Shown: piece after piece, positions 47,826 through 57,490 of the stretch | Numbering within the stretch: the first letter of the stretch is position 1 | How the letters are laid out: each line of letters opens with the position of its first letter | DNA from: Candidatus Micrarchaeia archaeon | Lineage (GTDB): Archaea > Micrarchaeota > Micrarchaeia > Burarchaeales > Fermentimicrarchaeaceae | NCBI GenBank assembly: GCA_038871515.1 | Contig: JAVZHX010000004.1 | Location: forward strand, 1 to 64,000 | Direction of reading: 5' to 3' | DNA length: 64,000 nt | Translations under genes and position numbers: made by a program | The notes under the pieces: generated by a model | What the model saw: the letters and a program-made list of their open reading frames with translations, nothing else | The model's database searches: none | What the model was told of the DNA's origin: nothing

Positions 47826-49325
47826 ATGGATAGGGAGCTGCTTACCCGTTATCTTCTTGTAATTGCGATAATGGGAATAAGCATTGGAGGAATCAACTTT
47901 GGAATTTACCTTCTGAAATTCATAGTTACAACTCCTGCCGAAGTTGTGCTCACAATTGTTTTTCTCATTCTGGTAACCTCAAACGCAGTTTTCAATGCGT
48001 TCGGCTGCCACTACTACCTGCGCTCCTACGGGTTAGACAAATTCACTCCAAAGAAACTCACCCGCTACCCGCGGGTGGCAGTTGTGGTGCCAGCAAGAAA
48101 TGAAAAGGAGGAGATGGTTAAGCGAAATTTGGAGTCGCTCACCAAGCTGGATTACCCAAAAGATAAACTGAGAATATTCCTTCTGGATAACTCAACAAAA
48201 AAATCAGACGAGCTTGAGCGTTTCTGCAAACAGATTGGGGTGAATTATATTTACATGGAAAACCCGGTGAAGCTGAAAAGCTACGTGATGAACAAATTCA
48301 TTGACATGGTTGATGAGGAATACATTGCGGTTTTTGACGCAGACGAATATCTAACCAACCCGCGCTTCCTGCAGGAGGTTCTTCCCTACCTTGACAAGGA
48401 AGCCGGATTTGTTCAAACCGAAAAACAATTCGCTCCAGGAAGTTTCTTCGCAAATGGGGTTAACACCTACTACTCCTTCTTCTACAAATTCATCCAACCT
48501 GTCAGAAACCTTTGCAGGAGCACAATGTTCTGCGGCTCGTGCGGAGTGGTGAGAAAATCTGTGGTGAAAGCAGTTGGAGGTTTCCCAAAAAGCCCAACAG
48601 AGGATGCCGCCTTCTCATTCAGAGCAGATTTAATTGGGCGTGGTGGGGTTTACATTCCAAAAACATATGCGCTTGGCGAACCAATAGAGCACTTTGAAAC
48701 ATTTCTTTCACAGCAGTGGAGATACACAATTGGAAACGTCTGGATTCTGATGGAATACTTCCAAAATATCTTCAAGTTGAAAGCAGAGAAGCATGTGCAC
48801 TACCTTGCTCAAACCTTTGGCTACGCTTACCTCTCCATCCTCTTCATATTTTACTCCCTTCTTTCAATAATATTCGTTCTCACAGACATAGCGCTGAGAA
48901 GCCTTCACTCACCAGTTCTCCTTCCTGAGCATTTGAAGATGTTTGCAGTCAGCTACATAATTGCAATCTTCCTTCTTGTGGTTGTTGGAGGTAGGCTTTA
49001 CTTCGGTTCCTTCAGATTGGGTATAATTGCAACTCTCCTCAACTTCTCCTCAGCGTTCGTGAGGACAAAAGCAATGATAGTTGGGTTTTTGAACTTCCGT
49101 CCAAAGTTCGTTATGAGCAGGCAGAGCAAGCCCAAAAGTTCATTATTTGAGGTGCTCAGGGCGAACTTCCTTGAAACTCTCTACTCCATCCTGCTTTTCC
49201 TATTCTCCGCTCTCTCTTTCTTCAGGCATGACGTTGTGAGCGCGTTCTGGCTGTTCTGGTACAGCACCCTTTTCATCTGCTCCTTCATATTCAGCTACAG
49301 CACAGAGTTCAAGCGATTATTTTAA
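47826..49325 (+). CDS. Membrane-embedded processive-type GT2 (cellulose synthase-like)
   Basis: PARNE, FDAD, FCGSC, TED, QQWRY in place of QxxRW, flanking TM helices. Confidence 0.8.
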   Translation: MDRELLTRYLLVIAIMGISIGGINFGIYLLKFIVTTPAEVVLTIVFLILVTSNAVFNAFGCHYYLRSYGLDKFTPKKLTRYPRVAVVVPARNEKEEMVKRNLESLTKLDYPKDKLRIFLLDNSTKKSDELERFCKQIGVNYIYMENPVKLKSYVMNKFIDMVDEEYIAVFDADEYLTNPRFLQEVLPYLDKEAGFVQTEKQFAPGSFFANGVNTYYSFFYKFIQPVRNLCRSTMFCGSCGVVRKSVVKAVGGFPKSPTEDAAFSFRADLIGRGGVYIPKTYALGEPIEHFETFLSQQWRYTIGNVWILMEYFQNIFKLKAEKHVHYLAQTFGYAYLSILFIFYSLLSIIFVLTDIALRSLHSPVLLPEHLKMFAVSYIIAIFLLVVVGGRLYFGSFRLGIIATLLNFSSAFVRTKAMIVGFLNFRPKFVMSRQSKPKSSLFEVLRANFLETLYSILLFLFSALSFFRHDVVSAFWLFWYSTLFICSFIFSYSTEFKRLF

Positions 49326-49347
49326 AATAGGAAGTGCAAATTACATT

Positions 49348-49644
49348 ATGCTCATGAGAGTTTTTGAGAAGAAAGGAGAAAGAATAGTTGCTGTCTGCGA
49401 TTCAGAGCTGATTGGCAGAGTTTTGAGGGAAGGGGAGCTTGTTCTCAACTTGGATAAATACGCCAGCTTCTACCAAGGTAGCGAAGCTGATGAGAAAGCA
49501 GTTGAGGATGAGCTGAAAAAAGCAACCTCAATCAACCTTGTTGGAGAGAAAGCAGTTGGAGTTGCAAAGAGAATGAAGCTTGTTAAGGAATCGGATGTTA
49601 TAAGAATACAGAAAGTTCCTCATGTTCAAATCTATAAAATTTAA
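49348..49644 (+). CDS. DUF424 family protein
   Basis: VAVCDSELIG, FYQG, INLVGEKAV, VPHVQIY. Confidence 0.9.
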   Translation: MLMRVFEKKGERIVAVCDSELIGRVLREGELVLNLDKYASFYQGSEADEKAVEDELKKATSINLVGEKAVGVAKRMKLVKESDVIRIQKVPHVQIYKI

Positions 49645-49745
49645 TCTGCAGTATTTATGCGTTTCTTTTACTGGTCGTGTGCATTAATTAGGAACCTTTC
49701 GACTTCCATACGAATTGCCAACGGGTTTCACAGCTTACTAAATAA

Positions 49746-50030
49746 CTATCCAAATTCAGGAAAAAACTTCGTAATCATCGTTTTTATAGCTTGACTCTGC
49801 CTGGGATTCAGGGATACTTGTAAGCCATAATGAGTGGGCTTTGCAATTAGCAACCCATGTTTTATGAGTTCACCACCCATTTCATCAACTCTCTTCAACC
49901 CACCTTTTCCCAATTCCTTCTCCTTAAATCCCTTCTTCAGATTATCGAATGCAGTATGGCTTCCACCCCACTTGCCCCTCTTGTAGAGCTTAAGGAGAAT
50001 GGCTGCTTTTATCTCCTCATCAGTTATCAT
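49746..50030 (-). CDS. Small basic hypothetical protein (possible winged helix)
   Basis: KWGGSHT...LIKHGLLIAKPTHYGLQVSLNP. Confidence 0.65.
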   Translation of the reverse strand: MITDEEIKAAILLKLYKRGKWGGSHTAFDNLKKGFKEKELGKGGLKRVDEMGGELIKHGLLIAKPTHYGLQVSLNPRQSQAIKTMITKFFPEFG

Positions 50031-50100
50031 AAGTTCACTTTTGATACTTTATTAGTATACATTTAAATACTTATCTCAATATTAATTATTGCGTGGTTGT

Positions 50101-50424
50101 ATGGAGAAAACATTGTTAATAAGATGTTTGGGGGATAGCCCCACATTGAGAATTATAGACTTTTTCTTAGACAATAGGCTTTTTGACTACACAAAGAATG
50201 AAATAATAGAAAACTTAAGCATGGGAAGAGTTACATTCTTCAAGCACTGGGCAGAGCTGGAGAGGTTTGGGATAGTTAAAGTTACACGGAAAATTGGAAG
50301 AGCTAAGCTATACAAGCTAAATGAGAAGAGCGAGATTGTCAGAAAACTTATAATGCTGGATTCAACACTGAGCAAGAAAGCAATGGAAGATGCAGTAAAA
50401 GCAAAGTTAGCGATTACTGCATAG
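50101..50424 (+). CDS. Winged-helix DNA-binding protein
   Basis: GDSPTLRIIDFFL...YTKNEI...LERFGIVKVTRKIGRAKLYKLN. Confidence 0.8.
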   Translation: MEKTLLIRCLGDSPTLRIIDFFLDNRLFDYTKNEIIENLSMGRVTFFKHWAELERFGIVKVTRKIGRAKLYKLNEKSEIVRKLIMLDSTLSKKAMEDAVKAKLAITA

Positions 50425-50609
50425 AATTACAGTTCAGAAGAGTTCAATCTACCTCAAAATAAGCTCTCATTTTTGATGCTGGGGCTGAACAGTTTGAATA
50501 ATACCAATATTAAGCTTTACCAAATTGAAAAACAATCAGCCAATGTTTGTTAACAAGCACTAACTAACCTTTATAAACCCCTGAAATTAAATGGAATTGA
50601 GGTGGTGTT

Positions 50610-50849
50610 ATGGGAGACATAACTGAGGGGCTTAAAGCGCTTGTGGTATCCGCAATTGCCTCCCTGGTGCTGATTATCCTGGGGGTGATATACTTCGGAA
50701 TAACCCTGTGGATAATCAAGGCTGCAAGCAACACCTTCTTCGGGGCTGGCTTGGAGGCGAACTGGGCAGTTCTTTCCGCATCTCTTCTGGCAACAGGCGC
50801 GGTGCTCGCAGGCGCGTTGGAGAAGAAGGAGTTCAAGGGAAAGCGCTAA
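50610..50849 (+). CDS. Small two-TM membrane protein
   Basis: TTTATAAA box, GAGGTGG RBS, two hydrophobic helices. Confidence 0.75.
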   Translation: MGDITEGLKALVVSAIASLVLIILGVIYFGITLWIIKAASNTFFGAGLEANWAVLSASLLATGAVLAGALEKKEFKGKR

Positions 50850-50888
50850 ATCCTTTCCTTTATTTTTTATAATCAATGGAGTGGGAGG

Positions 50889-51269
50889 ATGAAGCTTAAA
50901 CAAAATGAAAAAATCATACTAAAAAACAGCAGTCTTCTGAATGGCATGTATTTTGAAACTTACTTTCACGGAATTCCAATAAACAAAAAATGCAATCCGG
51001 CGAACATCTATCTCACCAACCAAAGAATATATGTTGAGACTAGAGCGCTGAACATCTGTGCAGTTGACCTGCCCCTTAGTAAAATTCACAATGTGGAGAT
51101 ACAAAGGGCTGTTAAATACGGTCTGCCAATTGACTTCTTTAACCCAAAAGGGCTTGCTATAACCTACAGGGAGGGGACGGAATTCAGGAAGCTTTTTCTG
51201 AACCTGTGGGGAGACAACCTTGATTCGTGGCTCAGGAAGATAAATGAAGCAAGAGGTGCTAGAAGCTGA
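50889..51269 (+). CDS. PH/GRAM-like domain protein
   Basis: IYLTNQRIYVE...LPLSKIHNV...WLRKINEA. Confidence 0.65.
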   Translation: MKLKQNEKIILKNSSLLNGMYFETYFHGIPINKKCNPANIYLTNQRIYVETRALNICAVDLPLSKIHNVEIQRAVKYGLPIDFFNPKGLAITYREGTEFRKLFLNLWGDNLDSWLRKINEARGARS

Positions 51270-51334
51270 AATAGATCAATTTCAATAAGTTTGCGTACTG
51301 CGATCCTGGGGAGCATATATTTATATATCCAACA

Positions 51335-51348
51335 ATAGATATATCTAT
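51335..51348. promoter_or_regulatory. Palindrome ATAGATATATCTAT, likely TA autoregulatory operator
   Basis: Perfect 14-bp palindrome between TTTATATA and the antitoxin start. Confidence 0.5.
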
Positions 51349-51360
51349 AGGTGATTATAG

Positions 51361-51600
51361 ATGAATTATACAAGCATTCAGCTGCTTCCGAAAACAAGGG
51401 AACGTTTAACACGTTTGAAAGCAGGCAGCAGGGAAACGTATGACACCCTTATCAACAAGCTGCTTGAACTGATACCCGAGAGGGATGATGAAGGAGAGTA
51501 CACAGATGAGTTTCGGCTGGAGCTTCTTAATGCGAAACTTGACTTGAATAAGGGGAGAGTATTCAGCCACTCCGAGGTTAAAAAATCCCTGGGGTTGTAG
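51361..51600 (+). CDS. Antitoxin (ribbon-helix-helix-like)
   Basis: TSIQLLPKTRERLTRLK..ETYDTLINKL; C-terminal GRVFSHSEVKKSLGL; directly upstream of a RelE toxin. Confidence 0.8.
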   Translation: MNYTSIQLLPKTRERLTRLKAGSRETYDTLINKLLELIPERDDEGEYTDEFRLELLNAKLDLNKGRVFSHSEVKKSLGL

Positions 51601-51602
51601 AA

Positions 51603-51851
51603 GTGTGGAAGATTGAATACTCCGCAGAAGCGCTCAGGGATTTGCACAAGCTTGATAAAAGCACTGTAAAAAGAATTGTGAAGAAACTTGAGCTGGCAGC
51701 GCAGAATCCCACGCGCTACTTCGAGCGGCTTGTGGGGTATGAGGACTACAAACTGCGCGTTGGCGACTACCGAATTATAGCATTGCTTCTGCATGAAAAA
51801 CGCATTATTTATGTAGAGAAAGTAGGGCACAGGAGGAGTATTTACAAGTAA
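51603..51851 (+). CDS. RelE/ParE-family toxin
   Basis: ALRDLHKL, YKLRVGDYRII, VGHRRSIY. Confidence 0.9.
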   Translation: MWKIEYSAEALRDLHKLDKSTVKRIVKKLELAAQNPTRYFERLVGYEDYKLRVGDYRIIALLLHEKRIIYVEKVGHRRSIYK

Positions 51852-51922
51852 TCAGTTTGGAGATTCAAAACATAAAAAGCAATACTCTAAAGCTTTTATT
51901 ACCGCGCATACATAATTTTACT

Positions 51923-52498
51923 ATGATTCATATCGAAGCTAGGAAACCAATTGAGAATGCCGGAATAAGGAGAGAGGTAGATAGACAGCAGGAGAAAATG
52001 AAAGAATTGTTTAATGAGTTGAAAGAAAAACTGAGCAAAAACAAAGCTTGGGATGAGAAACCGAAAGATTTCTTCAAACTCCTTGGGAAGAAGCTCAGGG
52101 AAGCAGGCATCGATGAGAAGAGCTTCGCTGATTTCATAGTTAATGAAGTTGAAATTGCGTTCAAGCTTACATTCAGGCAGGCTGCAAAGACGGAGGCGGA
52201 TAAATACGACTGGAGTAAAGCATTTGGAACAGTAAGCGAAAAGGAGCTTAGTGCGAAGTTCAGGCTTGCGTCCATTGATGAAGATGTGGGCACCGAGCTT
52301 CTGACTGTTGCATATTGCCTGCGCGATGCTGCTGCCAAGAGAGTTGGAGTTGCAGAGTATTCTGAAAAGTACGCCGGCCAAGAAGAGGTGCAGGGAAACC
52401 GAGAGTTGGCGCAGAGCTACGTGCACTCATTGAAAAACAGGGAGCGACAGGACGCTTCTGATAAAAAGAAAGGAGGAGAAGAGTCCCACCCTTTCTGA
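51923..52498 (+). CDS. Hypothetical protein
   Basis: Coding-like composition; start moved to ATG 51923 downstream of a TTTTATT box. Confidence 0.6.
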   Translation: MIHIEARKPIENAGIRREVDRQQEKMKELFNELKEKLSKNKAWDEKPKDFFKLLGKKLREAGIDEKSFADFIVNEVEIAFKLTFRQAAKTEADKYDWSKAFGTVSEKELSAKFRLASIDEDVGTELLTVAYCLRDAAAKRVGVAEYSEKYAGQEEVQGNRELAQSYVHSLKNRERQDASDKKKGGEESHPF

Positions 52499-52528
52499 CT
52501 TAAAACCTGAAGCAATTTAAATGTTGAA

Positions 52529-53578
52529 ATGCACAATTTACGCATGCGTCAGAAGCTGAAAGGAGAGGAAACACACCTTTTCGGAAGCGACGTGATGAGC
52601 AAGGAAATTGAAATTGCCAGCATGGGCTTTGGCACTGCTTTTGAACGAAAGGAGATTCGCTCCAACGAGGGATGGAGAAGGGAAATTTGGGAAAGCAAAA
52701 GAAAGTGCACTGATGAAGAGGGGCATAGGGTGAGCGCAGTCAGGATAGACCTGCTTTACAAAGGAAACCAGTTTATGAGGGCGTCTGTGTCGGAGATAAG
52801 AGAGGGAAAGCTTTTCAAAACAGAGTTTGACTGCACTTTTGCTCCAATTCCTCACAAATCCACCGATTCCAGAATAGCTTATGAACATATGGAGAAACTC
52901 AGCGGATTCCTCAGTAAAAAGAAAGAAGAGTTTTCTCAATATGCGCTTGACCAGAATACTGCGGAAACTACGATTATGATTTACGGGAGTGAAAGACAGA
53001 TATATCTTCCCCAAAAAATAGTCTCTGCGATGCATCTGCAGGAAGGGACTTCGTGCATATGGGAGCGGGAGGGCAACTCGCTAGTGCTGACTCCCATAGA
53101 GGAAACTGCAATTCCTGTGAAAATTTCTGGGTATAACGTATTGCAAGTAGTGGTACCCCAGAATATGCTTTTGGCAGGTGAGTTAAAGCGGGGGGATTAT
53201 GCGCGTTGGAGCGTGGAGGATGGCAAGCTGTCGCTAAGAAAAGCCGACTGGGTGGGGCCGGATTGCACACGATTATACACGGTGGGGGCTCACAGCAGCA
53301 ATTCCATTATTGGTACAATCCCAAAAACAATAGCCGATGAGCTGAAAATTGAAAAAGGTATGTATGGAATTTGGACATTTGATAAGACCGGACTCTTGCT
53401 TGAAATTATGAAAGACAAGCCACACATAGTCAAAATCACACAAATCAAAAGAGATTATGACGTTCGTTTCTCCTTCAAAATACCCAAAGACTTTGCCGGG
53501 CTGGAGACAGGCGAAGTTCTTTTGGAAGTGAGGGAAGGAAAGCTCTACATAACGAAAAAAGAAGGAACTAAAACCTGA
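52529..53578 (+). CDS. Protein with four tandem AbrB/MazE-like swapped-hairpin modules
   Basis: QIYLPQKI..LQEG, QVVVPQNM..LKRG, GTIPKTI..IEKG, FKIPKDF..LETG. Confidence 0.65.
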   Translation: MHNLRMRQKLKGEETHLFGSDVMSKEIEIASMGFGTAFERKEIRSNEGWRREIWESKRKCTDEEGHRVSAVRIDLLYKGNQFMRASVSEIREGKLFKTEFDCTFAPIPHKSTDSRIAYEHMEKLSGFLSKKKEEFSQYALDQNTAETTIMIYGSERQIYLPQKIVSAMHLQEGTSCIWEREGNSLVLTPIEETAIPVKISGYNVLQVVVPQNMLLAGELKRGDYARWSVEDGKLSLRKADWVGPDCTRLYTVGAHSSNSIIGTIPKTIADELKIEKGMYGIWTFDKTGLLLEIMKDKPHIVKITQIKRDYDVRFSFKIPKDFAGLETGEVLLEVREGKLYITKKEGTKT

Positions 53579-53915
53579 AAATCACCCTTGCCAGAATAAC
53601 CACCGCCAGTATTGCGAGAAGGTAGAGGTGAGCTGTTTTTGAAACTTCCCTCACTCCTTTGTAATAAACAACATAAAGTGTTGAGGATGAGAAGGATAGA
53701 ACGAAGAGAACTATTAAGTGAATTGGCTCACCTTTTACTACTCCTTCCCATGGAAACCCAACAAGCATTCCATTTGCATTCATAATTTCAACAACAATCC
53801 ATGCAGATATTGTTAGTATAACCGCAAAAATGAGCAGGCAGACAAGCAAACCCCTAAACTTCTTTCTCCTACTTTCCCCAACAACTCTATGAAAAACCTT
53901 CATTTTTACGCGCAT
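53568..53915 (-). CDS. Small three-TM membrane protein downstream of VirB4
   Basis: Three hydrophobic segments; starts immediately after the VirB4 stop. Confidence 0.65.
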   Translation of the reverse strand: MRVKMKVFHRVVGESRRKKFRGLLVCLLIFAVILTISAWIVVEIMNANGMLVGFPWEGVVKGEPIHLIVLFVLSFSSSTLYVVYYKGVREVSKTAHLYLLAILAVVILARVIFRF

Positions 53916-53916
53916 C

Positions 53917-56565
53917 TCACACCACTTTATCCTCTGGATGAGTTGTGAACAACCTATATTCCTCGTTTCCAACCGCGTTTTTCAACGGGATGAATGTGTT
54001 GCCAACAAAAAACAACCCACTTCCAACTTCGGCGGTGAGAAGGTAGTTCTTCGTTGTTTCATTCAGTTTAAATGTTGCTGCAACGTCATCTATTATCGAT
54101 GGTTTCATTCTGAGAAGGAGCTGCCAGGAGGAGTTTGCCATAACCGCCTTTCCAGCTTTGCTTGTCACCAAATCATAAACATCCTGTGTGACAAGCACCA
54201 GCCCCATATTATGATGCCTGCATGTTTTCGCGATGTTCAAAATATAACCCTCCTCCCCTTCTGTCTGAAGCAGCTTCCAAGCTTCATCAACAACCAGCAG
54301 CTTCTTCCTCAAATCCTTCTTCATTCTGTTGTAAACAAACTCCAAAATAATAAACATCATTATCCTTCTAACCTCCCTTGGAAGGGAACCTATTTTAAAG
54401 ACAATAAACCTATCCTCCAGCTTCTTTATGTTTGTCTGTCTGTTTATGAATGAAAACGAGCCTTTCACAAATCTTCTCAAAGAGGAGGAAACCGCGGTTG
54501 CTGCTTCTGCTCTTTTTGCAAAGTTACTTCTTCTCTCCTTTTCAACATACTCATACAAATCAGAAAGAGTTGGAGAAGTCCTGCTCCATGTTTTTGAATC
54601 ATGCGTTATACCTTTTTTTGAATATATTTTCTCAAATGCTTCATCAAGCAAATCCTTAATCTCATCATTCATCTCAGAAACAAAAAATCTCATCAAGCTG
54701 TGGAGGAAGAAAAATTTCTCCTCATAGCTTTCAGTTATCTGGAATGGGTTTATGAATGAATCTGATTTTTGGGAGAACTCAATAACCCTTCCACCCAAAT
54801 TCCTTGCAACATTTTCATACTCCCCCTCCTCGCTTGGGTCAAGCACTATCACATCAACCCCCTGTTGCAACGCTCTTGTGAGAATTGTTTTCACAGCAAA
54901 GGACTTTCCACTTCCAGACATACCAAGAATCAAGCCATTTGCATTCTCAAATGATTTTGAGAAGATATCGCATATAACCGGCATTCCATCCAGCTGGTTT
55001 TCTCCAAACATAATTCCTTTTGGCTGCGGCTCAATATACGGGCTGACGAATGGGAAGCATGCAGCTAATGATGATGAAGTCATATTCCTTCTCACTCCAA
55101 GCAAATCATAACCTAAGGGAGCACAGCTTCTGAACCCATCATCCATTCTCTCGTGTGCAACCGCAGGCTTCAACCTCACCTCATTCAGCTTTGAAACAAC
55201 CAAATCAGTCAACAAATTCAGCTTCTCCAAACTTTCCGATTCAATGCACACATAAAAGGAAAGCAGAAACGCCCTCTCTGAACCACTTGTCAACATTTCT
55301 ATGAGCTGCTCAGTTGCCTTTCTCTGCATCCTTGCAGAATGGGAGACAAGCTTCCCAGCAGCTTCCTCTGTTGCAATATCTATTGCCTGCTTCTCAAGAA
55401 GTTTGTTGTAGTAAGAAAGCACGGAGGAAAAATCCGTTGGGTGGATGTGCATTGAAATATGAAAGGCACCTCTTGTCACCATCAATGGTTCAAGAAAACC
55501 TGGCTCAACAGCTTCGGGGTAGCCAACAACAGCTATCGTTCTATAAAATTTATTGTTTATCTGAATGTAATCCTTTGTTGTGTTTATATACGAAGGAGCG
55601 GCAACGGAAGCCAGCATCTCAACAGGAGTGGTGTGATTTATTTTAAAATTGCTGAATTTTGAAAGCTCCCCAATTTCCTCTCGCACCAACTCCCATTTTC
55701 TCTTCCAATCAGCGCTCAGCGTTATCGGTGAGAGATACTCCGAATTCAATTCGCATAGCGGTGAGAAGAAGGAGGAGTAAAGTAGGATAACTCCATCGTC
55801 ATTAACCCTTTTCGGTATCAAACCAACGTTTGTTAATCCTTTCATAACAATCTGAACTCTCTGCTCAAGAATGCTCCTCCTCTCTTTCTCATCCTTCCCC
55901 TCTGCCCCGCTGACACCAACAACAATGTTAAACGTTCTGTACATAACCCTCTCATCTCTCAGCTTATTTCTAAGGAATGACTCAAACGATTTTGAGAATT
56001 TCATCAACCGGACATCCCTCGTCTCCTCGGCTCTTTTTCGTATGCTCTCAAAGAATTCGTCAAGGTTGAGCTGGTGTGTTTTGACAACAACCTGAATTGG
56101 TATGGTATCTGAAGCAGATGAACCAGAAAGGGAGTCAAGGAAGTTTTTATAAGACTCAAAAACAGCTTTCTGCTGTTTCTCATCCAAAACTGAGAAGTTG
56201 ATTGGCTGAACTTGCACGACTGCTTTCATGCTTCCATTTCTCATATACGCAATTCCATCATGAACATCAACTACGTCAATAAACTCCAGCGCTCTCCTAT
56301 CCATAAAACCAACTCTTTTTGGAGAGCAAAGGAATGCAAGCTTGCGGGAAAGCCACCTCTCAACATTCAGAAAAGTCAGGGCAGCTCCAACTAATGCAAT
56401 AAGCAGAATCAGAGCATACCTCAAAGCACCTAAAAATTCCGATTCCCCATAAACCAAAAAAATCAGAAAAATAGTCAGCAGCGCGTATATCACTTGCCTT
56501 CTCCTCAAGCCGAATACTATCACTTCCTCGTAATCCCCCACCTCCTGAGGGATTTTCACAAGCAA
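53917..56565 (-). CDS. PrgI (VirB3-like)-VirB4/TraE fusion ATPase of T4SS type
   Basis: N-terminal VKIPQEVGDYEEVIVFGLRRRQ plus 2 TM (PrgI-like); PINFSVL; LAACFPF; GMSGSGKS; LDP..EY; LLVVDEAW; LVTQ. Confidence 0.88.
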   Translation of the reverse strand: MLVKIPQEVGDYEEVIVFGLRRRQVIYALLTIFLIFLVYGESEFLGALRYALILLIALVGAALTFLNVERWLSRKLAFLCSPKRVGFMDRRALEFIDVVDVHDGIAYMRNGSMKAVVQVQPINFSVLDEKQQKAVFESYKNFLDSLSGSSASDTIPIQVVVKTHQLNLDEFFESIRKRAEETRDVRLMKFSKSFESFLRNKLRDERVMYRTFNIVVGVSGAEGKDEKERRSILEQRVQIVMKGLTNVGLIPKRVNDDGVILLYSSFFSPLCELNSEYLSPITLSADWKRKWELVREEIGELSKFSNFKINHTTPVEMLASVAAPSYINTTKDYIQINNKFYRTIAVVGYPEAVEPGFLEPLMVTRGAFHISMHIHPTDFSSVLSYYNKLLEKQAIDIATEEAAGKLVSHSARMQRKATEQLIEMLTSGSERAFLLSFYVCIESESLEKLNLLTDLVVSKLNEVRLKPAVAHERMDDGFRSCAPLGYDLLGVRRNMTSSSLAACFPFVSPYIEPQPKGIMFGENQLDGMPVICDIFSKSFENANGLILGMSGSGKSFAVKTILTRALQQGVDVIVLDPSEEGEYENVARNLGGRVIEFSQKSDSFINPFQITESYEEKFFFLHSLMRFFVSEMNDEIKDLLDEAFEKIYSKKGITHDSKTWSRTSPTLSDLYEYVEKERRSNFAKRAEAATAVSSSLRRFVKGSFSFINRQTNIKKLEDRFIVFKIGSLPREVRRIMMFIILEFVYNRMKKDLRKKLLVVDEAWKLLQTEGEEGYILNIAKTCRHHNMGLVLVTQDVYDLVTSKAGKAVMANSSWQLLLRMKPSIIDDVAATFKLNETTKNYLLTAEVGSGLFFVGNTFIPLKNAVGNEEYRLFTTHPEDKVV

Positions 56566-56604
56566 GCCACCACCAAACTGATTATTGCGCAACTGCATAT
56601 AAAC

Positions 56605-56799
56605 CTATCTTGGCTTCTTCTCCCTGGCAGGCTCTATTGCTTTCAGAATATACCAAATCCCAACAGCAGCCATAAGAAACCTCAGCATATAATTCAAATC
56701 CTCAGCGAATTTCCAATCAAGGTAATACGCGAGTGCTAGCGCAACAGCAGCAATCTCCTTCCAATAGTTCCTCCAGCTGAACTCCTCCACCGCAGCCAT
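56605..56799 (-). CDS. Small two-TM membrane protein upstream of VirB4
   Basis: MAAVEEFSWRNYWKEIAAVALALAYY...; start trimmed to ATG 56799. Confidence 0.6.
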   Translation of the reverse strand: MAAVEEFSWRNYWKEIAAVALALAYYLDWKFAEDLNYMLRFLMAAVGIWYILKAIEPAREKKPR

Positions 56800-56871
56800 A
56801 ATCACATATCCGCTTCTTCCGTATATTAATCTTGCTCCAAACAGCCTCGCGCCAGAACTGAGGAAAGGCAT

Positions 56872-56896
56872 AAATATATCATTTTGGTATATATTT
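56872..56896. promoter_or_regulatory. Inverted repeat AAATATAT-n9-ATATATTT upstream of the second TA pair
   Basis: 8-bp arms just upstream of the antitoxin start at 56910. Confidence 0.45.
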
Positions 56897-56909
56897 GCTG
56901 GTGATTTAA

Positions 56910-57167
56910 GTGGAAACTGTCGTAAGGTTGGAGGGAGCTGTTGAAAAGGTGCTTGAGCGCCTCGTAAAAGAAGGATACTACAAGACGAAAGCAGAGGCGA
57001 TAAGGGCGGGCATACTTGAGCTGGGAAGGGAATATGCGCTGATTGGAGGAAGGGAAGCAAGCCTCGTATCCAGAAGAATAGCGGAGATGGATGCTGAGGT
57101 TAAGGCTGGCAGGAAGAAGCTCATCCCGATAAGCGAGGTTGCAAAGAAAGCAGGCGTGAAGATATGA
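56910..57167 (+). CDS. Antitoxin, CopG/RHH family
   Basis: LERLVKEGYYKTKAEAIRAGI. Confidence 0.85.
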   Translation: METVVRLEGAVEKVLERLVKEGYYKTKAEAIRAGILELGREYALIGGREASLVSRRIAEMDAEVKAGRKKLIPISEVAKKAGVKI

Positions 57168-57424
57168 GCTTCGAAGTCCTGTTGCACGAGGACGCGTCAG
57201 CCAAGCTACTTAGAATGGATGCATCGGTAAGAGAGCGTCTCATAAAGAGGATTGCGCGGATGAGGGAGGAGCCTCCGGGAAGGCATATGAAGCACGGGCT
57301 GGATTTCTTTGTTATTGACGTTGGGCAATACCGCATAGTTTATACGTGCAAGGGGAGCTGCAAGACAGTATACTTTGTCGGCACACACAAGGAGTATGAG
57401 AGGTGGTACTCCACCATACGTTAA
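57164..57424 (+). CDS. RelE/ParE-family toxin
   Basis: ATGA overlap with the antitoxin; VGQYRIVY, FVGTHKEYERWY. Confidence 0.85.
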   Translation: MSFEVLLHEDASAKLLRMDASVRERLIKRIARMREEPPGRHMKHGLDFFVIDVGQYRIVYTCKGSCKTVYFVGTHKEYERWYSTIR

Positions 57425-57490
57425 TTCGTACATCCGAAAAGAACAGTATACTAATTAAGAATGAGTGCAGTCAGATGTTAAACTTGCCTC

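Noticed and set aside
49645..50609. tRNA or att site at the left island edge
   Set aside because: I could see no cloverleaf, T-loop motif or flanking direct repeat in the intergenic stretches.
56800..57060. N-terminal extension of the 56605-57060 ORF
   Set aside because: It overlaps the antitoxin gene and its promoter; only 56605-56799 looks coding.
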